Shown piece by piece: positions 1-9,999 of a DNA stretch of 64,000 bases. The DNA is from a virus: positions 1-64,000 of IMG/VR virus record IMGVR_UViG_3300029448_008324; one strand, 5' to 3'. The stretch's first letter is position 1. Each line of letters begins with the position of its first letter. The notes beneath the pieces were generated by a model. The model ran no database searches and had not been told where the DNA came from. It was given only the letters and a program-made list of their open reading frames with translations. The position numbers and the translations under genes are program-made.

Positions 1-112
1 CGTATACAATGTCATCTGATTCAAATGCAAATAATCGTTTGCTTAGAAATCCTAAAGTTTCTTGTCCTTGCCTTGTGGTGTGATAAGGAGAAGTTTTACT
101 ATACTGTGCCAT
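1..112 (-). CDS. Partial gene (N-terminus), probable baseplate wedge protein (gp53-like)
   Basis: ATG at 112 overlaps the upstream stop (TAATG). Reads MAQYSKTSPYHTTRQ...GFLSKRLFAFESDDIVY and runs off the window. Follows a baseplate-type gene. Confidence 0.5.
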   Translation of the reverse strand, partial: MAQYSKTSPYHTTRQGQETLGFLSKRLFAFESDDIVY

Positions 113-1035
113 TAAATGAATCCTTGTCCTCTTGTCAATTTACCTGATGCAAAGTCTTTGAGATTGAAATTGTTAGAAATCTTGTTGCGTGAGTATACAG
201 GCACTACTGTGATTGATATCAAAGAATCTGTTGGCACATAGTTTATGCCACCTGAACTTTCAACTGCCTGTAATGGATCTGATGCTAAGAAATCATCTGC
301 AAAGTTTCCATTCTGTGGTCCAACATTCCTTACATCAGCAAATCTATTTTGTCTAGGCACGTTATTTTGTGTGCTACCTGCAAGGTCATTGAGAGTGCTG
401 CCTGTGGACGCACCGACTCCAATATAATCAACCTGTTCTCTCAATTCCACAGTAAAGTTTGTAATGATGATGGGCACGTCTTTGTAAATCAAATCTCCAT
501 ATCCATTCAACCTACACACAGGAGGGGGGTTGCCTTGGTTGGCATCTCCTCCACCATAATACATCTTGGTCACTGTTCTTAAAAAGTGCAAAGATGCTAA
601 CCAATTTTGTCCATCTTTTTCATTGGCCACAGGAAAAGATCCTGCAATGGTCATTTGATCTACTTGGGAGTTTTGATATGCATAGTATGGATAATTGTTG
701 TGGACCACAGAACGTGCATCATAAGCCGCACTGTGAGACATATTAATAAAAGGTGTAACAGGAAATCTGATGCCTTTGTTTTTTTTAAAACTTGCAGGAA
801 ACACTGGTGATCCGGACATCAAATCAGCAAACACACTGTCTGACACAGTGACTTTGACTGCCCAATCCCCGGTGGCTGATGGCGCACCAACATTAGACTG
901 CAAACTGCTTTGTCTATTTGTGTTGAAAATTCCGCCAATAGGCAAACCTGCCTGCGATAGTCTGTTTGCTACAGATCCAACTGCTCCTGTTAAAAAATTG
1001 GATCCTTGATTCAAAAAGTTCGAAAACGATGCCAT
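112..1035 (-). CDS. Baseplate/tail-tube-initiator-like structural protein (gp48/gp54-like)
   Basis: FPVTP, HFLRTVTKMYYG, PPPVCRLNGYG and VPIIITNF motifs typical of tube-fold baseplate proteins. TAAATA late box 6 nt upstream. Confidence 0.55.
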   Translation of the reverse strand: MASFSNFLNQGSNFLTGAVGSVANRLSQAGLPIGGIFNTNRQSSLQSNVGAPSATGDWAVKVTVSDSVFADLMSGSPVFPASFKKNKGIRFPVTPFINMSHSAAYDARSVVHNNYPYYAYQNSQVDQMTIAGSFPVANEKDGQNWLASLHFLRTVTKMYYGGGDANQGNPPPVCRLNGYGDLIYKDVPIIITNFTVELREQVDYIGVGASTGSTLNDLAGSTQNNVPRQNRFADVRNVGPQNGNFADDFLASDPLQAVESSGGINYVPTDSLISITVVPVYSRNKISNNFNLKDFASGKLTRGQGFI

Positions 1036-1047
1036 TGCAAATATTTA

Positions 1048-1076
1048 TTGCATAAATTAACTGTATAGTTTATAAT
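1048..1076 (+). promoter_or_regulatory. Sigma70-type promoter for the late sigma gene
   Basis: TTGCAT-N17-TATAAT, with ATG 7 nt after the -10 box. Confidence 0.65.
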
Positions 1077-1083
1077 AATACAC

Positions 1084-1869
1084 ATGGCCGTAAATTATCT
1101 TAACAACAGAGACATGTTGGCTGAAATACACAAGTCAAAAGTCACATACTGCTCTTACCTCACAGATGAAGATCGTGATTATGATCTGATTTTGCCATCT
1201 GTAGACAAAATCAATATCCGCACAGTGGCTCAAGCAAAAAGAGAACGTGCCAAAAGACTCACTAGAAGCACAGGCGAAGTCATCAAACCGCAAAACTTTG
1301 ACAAGCAGGATGTGGTGTTTAGAATCATGACATTTGATCATATTCCAAATTCCAACAGGAAAGCAAAACCAAAGACCATTGCTGATTCCAAAGTCAAAGT
1401 GAACTTTCCGCCATATCAACATTGGAGATACACCACAGACGGTGAACTGATTTGTGTTGGAAAATCACATTGGCGTGACGGATTGTCCAATGGTGTATTT
1501 TGTCCAGATCATGGCAAAATGACCAACAAATTGGCCAAGATGTTTTTGTTGCTCACACAAAGATATGGCACTAGAGGCAACTGGCGTGGTTACACATACA
1601 ATGATGAAATGCAAGGACAAGCACTCATGCAGTTGAGCCAAATTGGTTTGCAGTTTGACGAATCAAAATCTGACAATCCATTTGCTTACTACACAGCGGC
1701 CATAACAAATTCATTCACAAGAATACTAAATGTTGAAAAGAAAAATCAATCACTGCGTGATGACATACTGCAAGAAAATGGCATGACTCCTTCGCACACT
1801 AGACAAATGGAGTGGGAAATACAACAACGCAAAGAACGTGAGATTGATGCTAAAAACAAAAAGTTTTAA
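1084..1869 (+). CDS. gp55: Late-transcription sigma factor (T4 gp55-like)
   Basis: NWRGYTYNDEM and FDESKSDNPFAYYT..ITNSF signature; lies upstream of gp47/gp46 as in T4-like phages. Confidence 0.85.
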   Translation: MAVNYLNNRDMLAEIHKSKVTYCSYLTDEDRDYDLILPSVDKINIRTVAQAKRERAKRLTRSTGEVIKPQNFDKQDVVFRIMTFDHIPNSNRKAKPKTIADSKVKVNFPPYQHWRYTTDGELICVGKSHWRDGLSNGVFCPDHGKMTNKLAKMFLLLTQRYGTRGNWRGYTYNDEMQGQALMQLSQIGLQFDESKSDNPFAYYTAAITNSFTRILNVEKKNQSLRDDILQENGMTPSHTRQMEWEIQQRKEREIDAKNKKF

Positions 1870-2509
1870 TTGACCGTGCAAATGCCTTGTGAGCGCCTCT
1901 GCCGAAATGACCTCCATAATCACCTAAATCACGTGCATGATTTTCAAATGAATGCAAATACATATTTTCTAAATTTATATTGTGCTTGTTCAACAATTCA
2001 CAGTCATAACTGTTTGTGATAAAATGATAGCACTCTGAGCCCTTCCAATCACACCATTGTTCAACAAAAAACACTTGCTGTAAAAAATGGGCCACATTCA
2101 TTTCGTCAGTGTTTTGCACCAACAAACGTGTGTGTTCGTCTCCAGAGCCTGTGATTCTTGAAATGCTTTCAACATCCTGATAGTTTCTCCTTATCATGTT
2201 GGGCCACACCATGATAACTTTTTGCGGCGGGACCACTTGTCCAAATGAATACAGCAGTCTCACACATTCTTCTGGTGATGCTCCAGGATGGCCAATATTG
2301 AATATTTTATGATCCACTTGTCTTTCCAATTGTTCGCAAAATGTTTGTCCATCATCTAGTGTCACACCAAATGTGTTTGACTCTCCAAACACCAAACAAA
2401 AATGATTCCAGTCTTGAAATTCATGAGTGCGATAACCATGTGCATTGCATTTGTATCCTTCAAGTGGTCCAAAACTTATGATCGAGTTTGAGTAAAATCC
2501 GTATTGCAT
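1850..2509 (-). CDS. SGNH/GDSL-fold-like hypothetical protein
   Basis: Block motifs FGESNTFG, NIGHPGAS and C-terminal D..GHFG..AH. Confidence 0.5.
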   Translation of the reverse strand: MQYGFYSNSIISFGPLEGYKCNAHGYRTHEFQDWNHFCLVFGESNTFGVTLDDGQTFCEQLERQVDHKIFNIGHPGASPEECVRLLYSFGQVVPPQKVIMVWPNMIRRNYQDVESISRITGSGDEHTRLLVQNTDEMNVAHFLQQVFFVEQWCDWKGSECYHFITNSYDCELLNKHNINLENMYLHSFENHARDLGDYGGHFGRGAHKAFARSIKTFCF

Positions 2510-2532
2510 TATTCAAATAATTATCATATAAT
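2504..2532 (+). promoter_or_regulatory. Sigma70-type promoter for gp47/gp46
   Basis: TTGCAT-N17-TATAAT, ATG 8 nt downstream. Confidence 0.6.
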
Positions 2533-2540
2533 AAAACTCA

Positions 2541-3551
2541 ATGCAAACTTTTAAACGTGCGGCTGTGTTTGCTGACATACACTTTGGCAACAAAGGCAAT
2601 TCACGCCAGTTCAATGAAGACTGTGATCGTTATGTGGACTGGTTCGTTGAACACGCCCAATCACAAAACTGTGACACTTGTATTTTCTTGGGTGATTGGC
2701 ATCATCAACGTGCCACACTAAACATTACCACACTGCAACATTCACTGCAAAACTTAGAAAAAATTGCAAATGCATTCGAAAACAATCATTTTATTGTTGG
2801 CAATCATGACTTATATTACAAAGATTCTCGTGCTGTAAATTCAATTGAATTTGCTAAACACATCAAAAATTTAAACCTAATTCTGGAACCATATTACACA
2901 GAGGATTGTGCGTTTATTCCGTGGTTGGTATCAGAGGAATGGAAGCAACTCAAAGACATGCCGGCAAAGCCGTACGTGTTCGGCCACTTTGAGTTGCCAC
3001 ACTTCCTTATGAATGCAATGGTGTCCATGCCTGACACAAATGAATTGAGCGGCAATGACTTGAATCATCATGGCTATGTGTTTTCAGGACACTTTCACAA
3101 AAGACAAATGAAAGGCAATATTCACTACATTGGCAACGCATTTCCACACAACTATTCAGATGCCAACGACTTTAGACGTGGTTATATGGTGCTGGAACAT
3201 GGTGGAGATCCTGTGTATCATGATTGGCCCAACATGCCTGTGTATCAAACACTTAAACTTAGTGAACTCCTACACAACGCATCCATACTTAAAAAACGTG
3301 CATATGTGAGAGTGGACATAGACACAGAGATTACATATGAAGAATCAAACTTTATAAAAGACACATTTATTGCACAACACACACTGCGTGAAATGACATT
3401 CATACAACAGCGTGACATCACACAGCATGACTCTACAGATTTAACACAAGCATTTGAGTCAATTGATGAAATTGTGCATTCACAACTAATGGCCGTTGAT
3501 TCTGAACACTATGACAGAAACTTGTTGCTAGAAATATACAAAAATTTATGA
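2541..3551 (+). CDS. gp47: Recombination nuclease, Mre11/SbcD-like (gp47)
   Basis: Metallophosphoesterase motifs ADIHFG, FLGDWHH, VGNHD, SGHFH. Confidence 0.92.
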   Translation: MQTFKRAAVFADIHFGNKGNSRQFNEDCDRYVDWFVEHAQSQNCDTCIFLGDWHHQRATLNITTLQHSLQNLEKIANAFENNHFIVGNHDLYYKDSRAVNSIEFAKHIKNLNLILEPYYTEDCAFIPWLVSEEWKQLKDMPAKPYVFGHFELPHFLMNAMVSMPDTNELSGNDLNHHGYVFSGHFHKRQMKGNIHYIGNAFPHNYSDANDFRRGYMVLEHGGDPVYHDWPNMPVYQTLKLSELLHNASILKKRAYVRVDIDTEITYEESNFIKDTFIAQHTLREMTFIQQRDITQHDSTDLTQAFESIDEIVHSQLMAVDSEHYDRNLLLEIYKNL

Positions 3552-5311
3552 TAAAATTTAAAACACTCACAGTAAAAAATTTTATGTCAGTGGGCAATGT
3601 CACACAAGCCATTAATTTTGAAGGACAAGATCTCACACTGGTGCTTGGGCAAAACATTGACTTAGGTGGGGATGATGCTGGATCAAGAAATGGAACTGGC
3701 AAAACAACCATACTCAATGCACTGTCATTTGCACTGTTCGGAGATGCATTAACCAACATCAAGCGAGACAATCTTGTCAACAAAACCAACGAACGTGGCA
3801 TGGTGGTGTCTTGTGAATTTGAGATCGATGGCAAAAACTACAAGATCGAAAGAGGCAGGAAGCCTGCCATTATAAAGTTTTATGTGGATGGCAAACAAGA
3901 TGAAGATGATGAAGCACAAGGCGACTCCAGAGAAACACAAAAAGACATTACAAAACTGCTGGGCATGAGTCACATCATGTTTCAAAACATTGTGGCACTG
4001 CACACATATGCTCCTCCGTTTTTTGGATTAAGAGCTGCTGAACAAAAAGACATCATTGAACAGCTGTTGGGCATCACTGTGCTGAGTGAAAAAGCAGAAG
4101 TGCTGAAAGAAGAATTAAAAGAAACCAAAGAGGTAATCAAAGAAGAAGAAATAAGACTAGATGAAATTGAACGCAACAATGAAAAAATACAGTCTTCAAT
4201 TGATGCACTAGAAACACGTCAGCGTGGTTGGAAGGCCCAACAAAAGACAGACATTGAAAAGTTGACGCTGTCATTGGAAGAACTAATGAAGGTAGACATC
4301 AAAGATGAAATTGCAAAACACAAAAAACTTGAAGCATACAGAGAAAACTTTGAAAAGAAACGCACATGGGAACGTGAACTTGCCACTGTGCAAACAGCAG
4401 TCAAACAATCAACCAAACAGTTGACTGAAATACTGGACTCCATTGACAAAACGCAAAACAAAACATGCCACACATGTGGTGGCCCAATGGAAGATGATCA
4501 GCATCAATCCATGGTTGATAAACTGCACAAAGATCGCAGTGACTTTGAAACATACATAGAAGACTTGGTATCACAGGAATCAGGTCTCACACAAAAGATA
4601 AAAAGTATTGGTGATCTAGAACAGCCGGAAACCTATTATGACACAGCACAGCAGGCTTATAAGCATGAAAACACTGTGGAATACTTGGGCGAACAACTAG
4701 GAACAAAAACAAAAGAACAAGATCCTTATCAAGAACAGATTGATGAATTAAAAACTTCTGCTGTGCAAGAACTGTCATATCACAAGATGAACAATCTACG
4801 CAAACTGCAAGATCATCAAGAGTTCCTATACAAACTGTTGACATCCAAAGATTCATTTGTGCGTAAACGTGTGATTGATCAAAACTTGACATATCTTAAT
4901 TCAAGGCTGGCTTTTTATTTGGACAAAACAGGACTGCCACATGAAGTAAAGTTTCAATCAGATCTCACTGTAGAAATCACTGAACTGGGGAGAGATCTTG
5001 ACTTTGATAATCTGTCCAGAGGTGAACGCAACAGACTGATCCTAAGTCTGTGTTGGGCATTCCGAGATGTGTGGGAAATGTTGTATCACAACATCAATAC
5101 CATGTTTATTGATGAACTTGTTGATTCAGGCATGGACACAGCAGGTGTTGAAAATGCCATTGGCATATTGAAACAGATTGCACGTGAACGTCACAAAAAC
5201 ATATATCTTATTTCACACAGAGATGAACTGCAGGGCAGAGTAAACAATGTATTGAAGGTAACCAAAGAAAATGGCTTTACTTCATATGCATTCACAGACA
5301 TGGTAGAATAA
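3548..5311 (+). CDS. gp46: Recombination ATPase, Rad50/SbcC-like (gp46)
   Basis: Walker A NGTGKTT, coiled coil with CHTC zinc hook, LSRGE signature, FIDE Walker B, ISH. Confidence 0.93.
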   Translation: MIKFKTLTVKNFMSVGNVTQAINFEGQDLTLVLGQNIDLGGDDAGSRNGTGKTTILNALSFALFGDALTNIKRDNLVNKTNERGMVVSCEFEIDGKNYKIERGRKPAIIKFYVDGKQDEDDEAQGDSRETQKDITKLLGMSHIMFQNIVALHTYAPPFFGLRAAEQKDIIEQLLGITVLSEKAEVLKEELKETKEVIKEEEIRLDEIERNNEKIQSSIDALETRQRGWKAQQKTDIEKLTLSLEELMKVDIKDEIAKHKKLEAYRENFEKKRTWERELATVQTAVKQSTKQLTEILDSIDKTQNKTCHTCGGPMEDDQHQSMVDKLHKDRSDFETYIEDLVSQESGLTQKIKSIGDLEQPETYYDTAQQAYKHENTVEYLGEQLGTKTKEQDPYQEQIDELKTSAVQELSYHKMNNLRKLQDHQEFLYKLLTSKDSFVRKRVIDQNLTYLNSRLAFYLDKTGLPHEVKFQSDLTVEITELGRDLDFDNLSRGERNRLILSLCWAFRDVWEMLYHNINTMFIDELVDSGMDTAGVENAIGILKQIARERHKNIYLISHRDELQGRVNNVLKVTKENGFTSYAFTDMVE

Positions 5312-5955
5312 TGAATATTAAAATTTATGAAAAGCTCAAACAAATATGGCCATGCTCTGACACACTGCTGTCAACAACATTTGGCATGGAAATACATCAA
5401 GCAGGCATGGAGATTGACGAACTTGCATATTATATTGATGATCGCATCCTGCACAAATACTTTTCTGAAATATGGCAACCAAAATTAAAAAAATTCAAGT
5501 TTAGTGGCTTGCGTTTGATAGAGGAAGTCAATGCACTCAATCCAAGAAGTGTTTTGGATGTTGGCTGTGGTTACAACGAGTTCAAAGGCAAAATTAAAAA
5601 TTTAATTGGTCTTGATCCTTATAATAGACATGCTGATTTACAAATTAAAATTGAGGATTACAGCACCACAGAAAAATTTGATGTGATACTGTGTTTAGGA
5701 TCAATAAATTTTGGATCACATGACAAGATTCTCAAAGAACTCACAGTGTGTAAAAACTTACTTGCAGATGGAGGCAAAATGTTTTTTAGAGTGAACCCTG
5801 GACTAGATCATGAACCACCAGAATCAAAATACATTAATTTTTATCCATGGAATGTGTATCAAATCACACAGATAGCCAAACAATTAGATCTTGCTATACT
5901 TGATCTAAGACATGATTTCAATGATCGCATTTATTTTGTTTACGCTAAACTTTAA
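5311..5955 (+). CDS. Class I SAM-dependent methyltransferase
   Basis: VLDVGCG motif I; FDVILCLGSINF. Confidence 0.8.
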   Translation: MNIKIYEKLKQIWPCSDTLLSTTFGMEIHQAGMEIDELAYYIDDRILHKYFSEIWQPKLKKFKFSGLRLIEEVNALNPRSVLDVGCGYNEFKGKIKNLIGLDPYNRHADLQIKIEDYSTTEKFDVILCLGSINFGSHDKILKELTVCKNLLADGGKMFFRVNPGLDHEPPESKYINFYPWNVYQITQIAKQLDLAILDLRHDFNDRIYFVYAKL

Positions 5956-6519
5956 TTACAAATAGACATATACTTTTATATCATTGGATGTGTAATCTTT
6001 GTATGAGTTTTTAGGAAAACTAATTTCCAGCAGTTCGCATAATTGTAGTGAATCAACAACATTTACAACCTTTGATTGATTATCTTTAATGAACTGCATA
6101 ATATCTTTGTTTTGTTTTTGAATGTGATTCCACATGTTGCCTAATGGTTTGAAATAATTATAACTTGGATATGTGATGTCAAACCCGCCTGCATCGTTCC
6201 ACCATTTGTAACATTCAACGTCATTTCTGTATACCATCACAATTGGATATTTTAAAGTTTTTAACAAGTCAAGTTGATGTGCAAATGTATGTGATTTTAT
6301 AATTCTTATTCCAGTACCCGAAAAAGGTTTGTTCCAATTTTCTTGTTTATTGTCAAATTCCATGCCAGGATCAAAATAAGCACCCACGTGCTTTACTGTT
6401 TGGTTAAAGTAAGAACGTCCACTGGTGCTATCAGATTGATCAATATCAGGAGACTTGTGTATGCTTTCAGCAACACCACTCCACTTTGATCCTGGGGCAC
6501 CAGTGAATAAAATATACAC
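5956..6519 (-). CDS. Hypothetical P-loop/sulfotransferase-fold-like protein
   Basis: N-terminal FTGAPGSKWS, IIKSH and MVYRN motifs; start overlaps the tctC stop. Confidence 0.45.
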   Translation of the reverse strand: MYILFTGAPGSKWSGVAESIHKSPDIDQSDSTSGRSYFNQTVKHVGAYFDPGMEFDNKQENWNKPFSGTGIRIIKSHTFAHQLDLLKTLKYPIVMVYRNDVECYKWWNDAGGFDITYPSYNYFKPLGNMWNHIQKQNKDIMQFIKDNQSKVVNVVDSLQLCELLEISFPKNSYKDYTSNDIKVYVYL

Positions 6520-7565
6520 TATTGTGTCAGTTCTTGTTTGTATACAGCATTAAAGCCAAGTTGATTTTTGCCAAAATCTACCAAAGTTTGCAATGCGCCA
6601 GGAGTAATGAATGACTTGAGTGTTTGCACAGCTGCATCTCCTTCATCACCTGTTCTCCATTCATACTTGCCTACTTTCTTTTCAATAGCGGCAATAGATT
6701 CTGGATCTTGGATCATTTTGTTTAGTGCATCAACAAGTTTGTCCTTGTTTGGATTTCCTGCATTTACCCAAAATGCTTTTTGCAGTGCATCTCTCCAACT
6801 TTTTACAAGTTTGTATGCATCATAAAAATCGCCGCTGGGTGCAACACCATGCATTGATTCATACAGTGCTTCAAATGTTGGCTCTGTAAAATTAGGATCA
6901 ACATCATGTGCACCTGTGTCCACATTCAATAGTCCATGATGAAACCATGTGTATGCATCGCCTTTTTCAATCATAGGCACAACATGTTTTTTGTAGGCTG
7001 CTGGATTTTCTCTGGTTGCATTAAGATCTCCTCTAATAAATGCCAGTCTTCTTTCAGATCCTTTCATGCCTTTGACCCAAACAATTTTTTCTTCAAATGT
7101 TTCAATTGGATCACCATCTGGGCCTGCAAGTAACATCACAATGGCCATCACTTCTGGAGTCATTCCAGAACCTGATGAAAATTGTATTGGCCCGTTTTCA
7201 GTGTCCGCTTTGTTTCTTGCACCCACAATGATGTTGAGATTCATGTGTCCAATAGATTCCCAATCAAAATAATTGTAGTCCACTGGTTCAGTGAGATACG
7301 ATATTCCATTGCCACCATGCGATACCAGTATAGTTTTGTCATTAAATCTTAATTCATTTTGGAATTCATTTGGACCTAGTTGATCTCTAGCACCCGGCTT
7401 GTATGTCAAATTAATTTTTTCGCCAAGATGTTTTTCCCATTCTTGCACAACTATTTGTGCCCATACAGATGTTCCGCCTGATGGTTTTTGTGGCACGATC
7501 AAATTGTAATCTGCCAAAGCAGTTGTTGTCATCAACAACAATGCCATTATTGTTTTCTTAAGCAT
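6519..7565 (-). CDS. tctC: Tripartite tricarboxylate transporter substrate-binding protein (TctC/Bug-like)
   Basis: Signal peptide; IVPQKPSGGT and KPGA motifs; adjacent to tctA. Confidence 0.75.
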   Translation of the reverse strand: MLKKTIMALLLMTTTALADYNLIVPQKPSGGTSVWAQIVVQEWEKHLGEKINLTYKPGARDQLGPNEFQNELRFNDKTILVSHGGNGISYLTEPVDYNYFDWESIGHMNLNIIVGARNKADTENGPIQFSSGSGMTPEVMAIVMLLAGPDGDPIETFEEKIVWVKGMKGSERRLAFIRGDLNATRENPAAYKKHVVPMIEKGDAYTWFHHGLLNVDTGAHDVDPNFTEPTFEALYESMHGVAPSGDFYDAYKLVKSWRDALQKAFWVNAGNPNKDKLVDALNKMIQDPESIAAIEKKVGKYEWRTGDEGDAAVQTLKSFITPGALQTLVDFGKNQLGFNAVYKQELTQ

Positions 7566-8994
7566 AGTTAAGTCTACTCCTTTTTTTAATTCCCCAATAC
7601 AGCAAAAACATCACACACATCATTATGACCAAAAAGATTGGTCTCGTGATGAGATCATTTACTGTGTGGAGAGTTGTTAATTGATAAGTGAGGCTATAAA
7701 TCCTATCACTCAACAAAAATCCTATCAGTAGTGCTGGCCTACTGACTTGATATTTTTTGCATGCCAATCCTAAAACTGAAAATGCAAACAAAACTGCAAG
7801 ATCTTCCCATCCCCCTGTGTATTGCAAGGTTGCCCACACAATCACAGCAAGCACAAAAGGAAAGTAATACACATAAGGAATGCGTGATACCCATCCTGCA
7901 AAATATGCCAGTCCATAACAAATGACAGCAGTGATCACAGTTCCTACAAGAAATGCAAATGACATGCTGTCAAATAATTTGTCATCATAAAATGTATCAG
8001 GCGATCCAAGATCAATGCCAAGATACAAAAACAATCCCATCAATATTGCGGCAAATGGAGCGCCTGGTATGCCAAACAACACAGTGGGAATAAACGAAGA
8101 TGCCTTCTGTGCATTGTTGGCGCCTTCTGCACCCACCACTCCACGCACATTACCTTCGCCAAACTTTTCTTTGGGATTAGCTGCTACTGTGGCTCCATAA
8201 GCCAACCAATCTGCCATGGCTCCTCCTAGTCCTGGCAATAATCCAATCACTGAACCAATGGCTCCGCCTCTAAGGCTGTCTTTCCAAAATTTTATAGTGT
8301 CTTTAATGCCTAGGATTAAGTCTTGCCAACTGCCATGATTAGTTTTGATGTTAGTGGTTTTATTCCTCTTGATCCAACCACTCCACAGTTCAGGTATAGC
8401 AAATAAACCTGCAACAAAAGGAAGGATCTGCACGCCATCTTCTAGATATCTCCAACCCATGGTAAATCTGGCCATAGCATTTGCATCTACCCCAACCAAT
8501 CCAACAACAACTCCTGTCACAATTGCAATTACACTTCGCACCCATTTATTAGTGGAAACAAATCCCACAGTAACAAATGCCAACAACACTAGTGCCCATA
8601 ATTCTGGAATACCCATATACATCACCACTTTAGTATACCATGGCAACAATAGGAATGTAAGTGATCCCCAAAACAATCCATTGCAGGTTGAGGATGTAAT
8701 TGCAGCTGATAGTGCCCGTGTGGCTTGTCCATTTTTGGCCATTGGAAATCCATCCACCATGGTTGCGGCCGCAGAGTTGGCTCCTGGTATGCCCAACAGC
8801 ACACCACTAAATGAATCACCGGTTGTAGATGAAGCCACCACTGCCACACAAAAAATCACACCAAGATAGGGGTCTCCTACAAAATAAGGCATGAATCCAA
8901 ACAGTGCGATAAGTCCAGTTGTTGCTCCTGCGGCGGGTATCAGGCCGATGATTAAGCCATACACAATACCTGCCAACAATATTGCAAGTTCCAT
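7558..8994 (-). CDS. tctA: Tripartite tricarboxylate transporter large permease TctA
   Basis: LLGIPG..SAAATMVDGFPMAK.G, GLLPGLGG and EGANNA...FIPTVLFGIPG motifs; highly hydrophobic. Confidence 0.9.
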   Translation of the reverse strand: MELAILLAGIVYGLIIGLIPAAGATTGLIALFGFMPYFVGDPYLGVIFCVAVVASSTTGDSFSGVLLGIPGANSAAATMVDGFPMAKNGQATRALSAAITSSTCNGLFWGSLTFLLLPWYTKVVMYMGIPELWALVLLAFVTVGFVSTNKWVRSVIAIVTGVVVGLVGVDANAMARFTMGWRYLEDGVQILPFVAGLFAIPELWSGWIKRNKTTNIKTNHGSWQDLILGIKDTIKFWKDSLRGGAIGSVIGLLPGLGGAMADWLAYGATVAANPKEKFGEGNVRGVVGAEGANNAQKASSFIPTVLFGIPGAPFAAILMGLFLYLGIDLGSPDTFYDDKLFDSMSFAFLVGTVITAVICYGLAYFAGWVSRIPYVYYFPFVLAVIVWATLQYTGGWEDLAVLFAFSVLGLACKKYQVSRPALLIGFLLSDRIYSLTYQLTTLHTVNDLITRPIFLVIMMCVMFLLYWGIKKRSRLNYA

Positions 8995-9000
8995 AATAAA

Positions 9001-9029
9001 ATTTTATACTATTTTGAAGTTTGTGTCTA
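9001..9029 (-). promoter_or_regulatory. Sigma70-type promoter for the tctA-tctC operon
   Basis: TAGACA-N17-TAAAAT on the minus strand, ATG 6 nt downstream. Confidence 0.5.
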
Positions 9030-9067
9030 TGAACTGTGCCAGAGGCACTGGGTTATGACTTGTGTAG

Positions 9068-9475
9068 TTAGCGTTTTTTAAACATATTGCCATGCACTCT
9101 GACACGAATGTGTCCGTTGTAGTAGGCATCGGATTCCAGCACTTTTCTAGCAAACTGTTCTCTGGCTTCTACGTAGGACAGTTCTGCTTTGTTTTTGCAG
9201 TAAAACAGTATTTCACGAGTAAATTTGTCACGACCCAACTGTTCAACATCTTCTGTGAGTGCATCTGACGATCCATAGTATTCGCGCCAGTCTGATTCCA
9301 CTTTGTATCTGCGTCTGTTTTTTCTGCCCTTGAGTGGAGGGCGGGACTTTTTGAACTCCACAAGTTTTTTGCCAATGTATTTCCTACCTGTTTGGTTGTT
9401 GGTGATTTCATACACAAATCCCACACATCCTTCAGGTATTTCATCAACAGTTTTGCCTTGGTATTGCCATGTCAT
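9068..9475 (-). CDS. GIY-YIG endonuclease
   Basis: GFVYEITN..TGRKYIGKK, YYGSS, FTREIL and YYNG motifs. Confidence 0.88.
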   Translation of the reverse strand: MTWQYQGKTVDEIPEGCVGFVYEITNNQTGRKYIGKKLVEFKKSRPPLKGRKNRRRYKVESDWREYYGSSDALTEDVEQLGRDKFTREILFYCKNKAELSYVEAREQFARKVLESDAYYNGHIRVRVHGNMFKKR

Positions 9476-9999
9476 TGTTAAGTATATACGCCATGCACCA
9501 AGCCTCTCCCAACATAGTTGATTCCATTGTCAATTGGATGGAAACATTTGTGGAAGTGCCACATCCATCATTTGGCAACATGCCTCCCTGTCCATATGCT
9601 CGTCAGTTTAGACTGCAGAACAAAGTAAAAATTGTTGAATGTCATCAAGCAATATGGGATGAATGCAAATCACAAATGCGTGAATGGACAGACGAGTGGG
9701 AAGCAGTTATACTTGCGTCAACATTCAGAGAAATTTCCACAGGACTTTTGTCAGAACGCATTCAAAAGATAAACAAACATTTCAAACACTATGATCTCGT
9801 GGCTTTGGAAGATCATCCTGATAGTGCTGAATTCATTGATGGTGTCAAAATGAATCACGGTGAACTTGTGCTTGTGGTTGTGCAAAGACTTGCAAGACTA
9901 AACCAATTCAGCAAAAATCTACAAGCAACCAAATACTATCATCGCTGGAGTGAAGAAAATCTTGATGATGTGGTGAGTTGGCGTTTCAGCGATTCTTAG
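9469..9999 (+). CDS. Hypothetical protein with PCPYA motif (DUF1415-like); true start possibly 9493
   Basis: W...FVE.P.....PPCPYA, EDHP and VQRL motifs. Confidence 0.5.
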   Translation: MSLLSIYAMHQASPNIVDSIVNWMETFVEVPHPSFGNMPPCPYARQFRLQNKVKIVECHQAIWDECKSQMREWTDEWEAVILASTFREISTGLLSERIQKINKHFKHYDLVALEDHPDSAEFIDGVKMNHGELVLVVVQRLARLNQFSKNLQATKYYHRWSEENLDDVVSWRFSDS

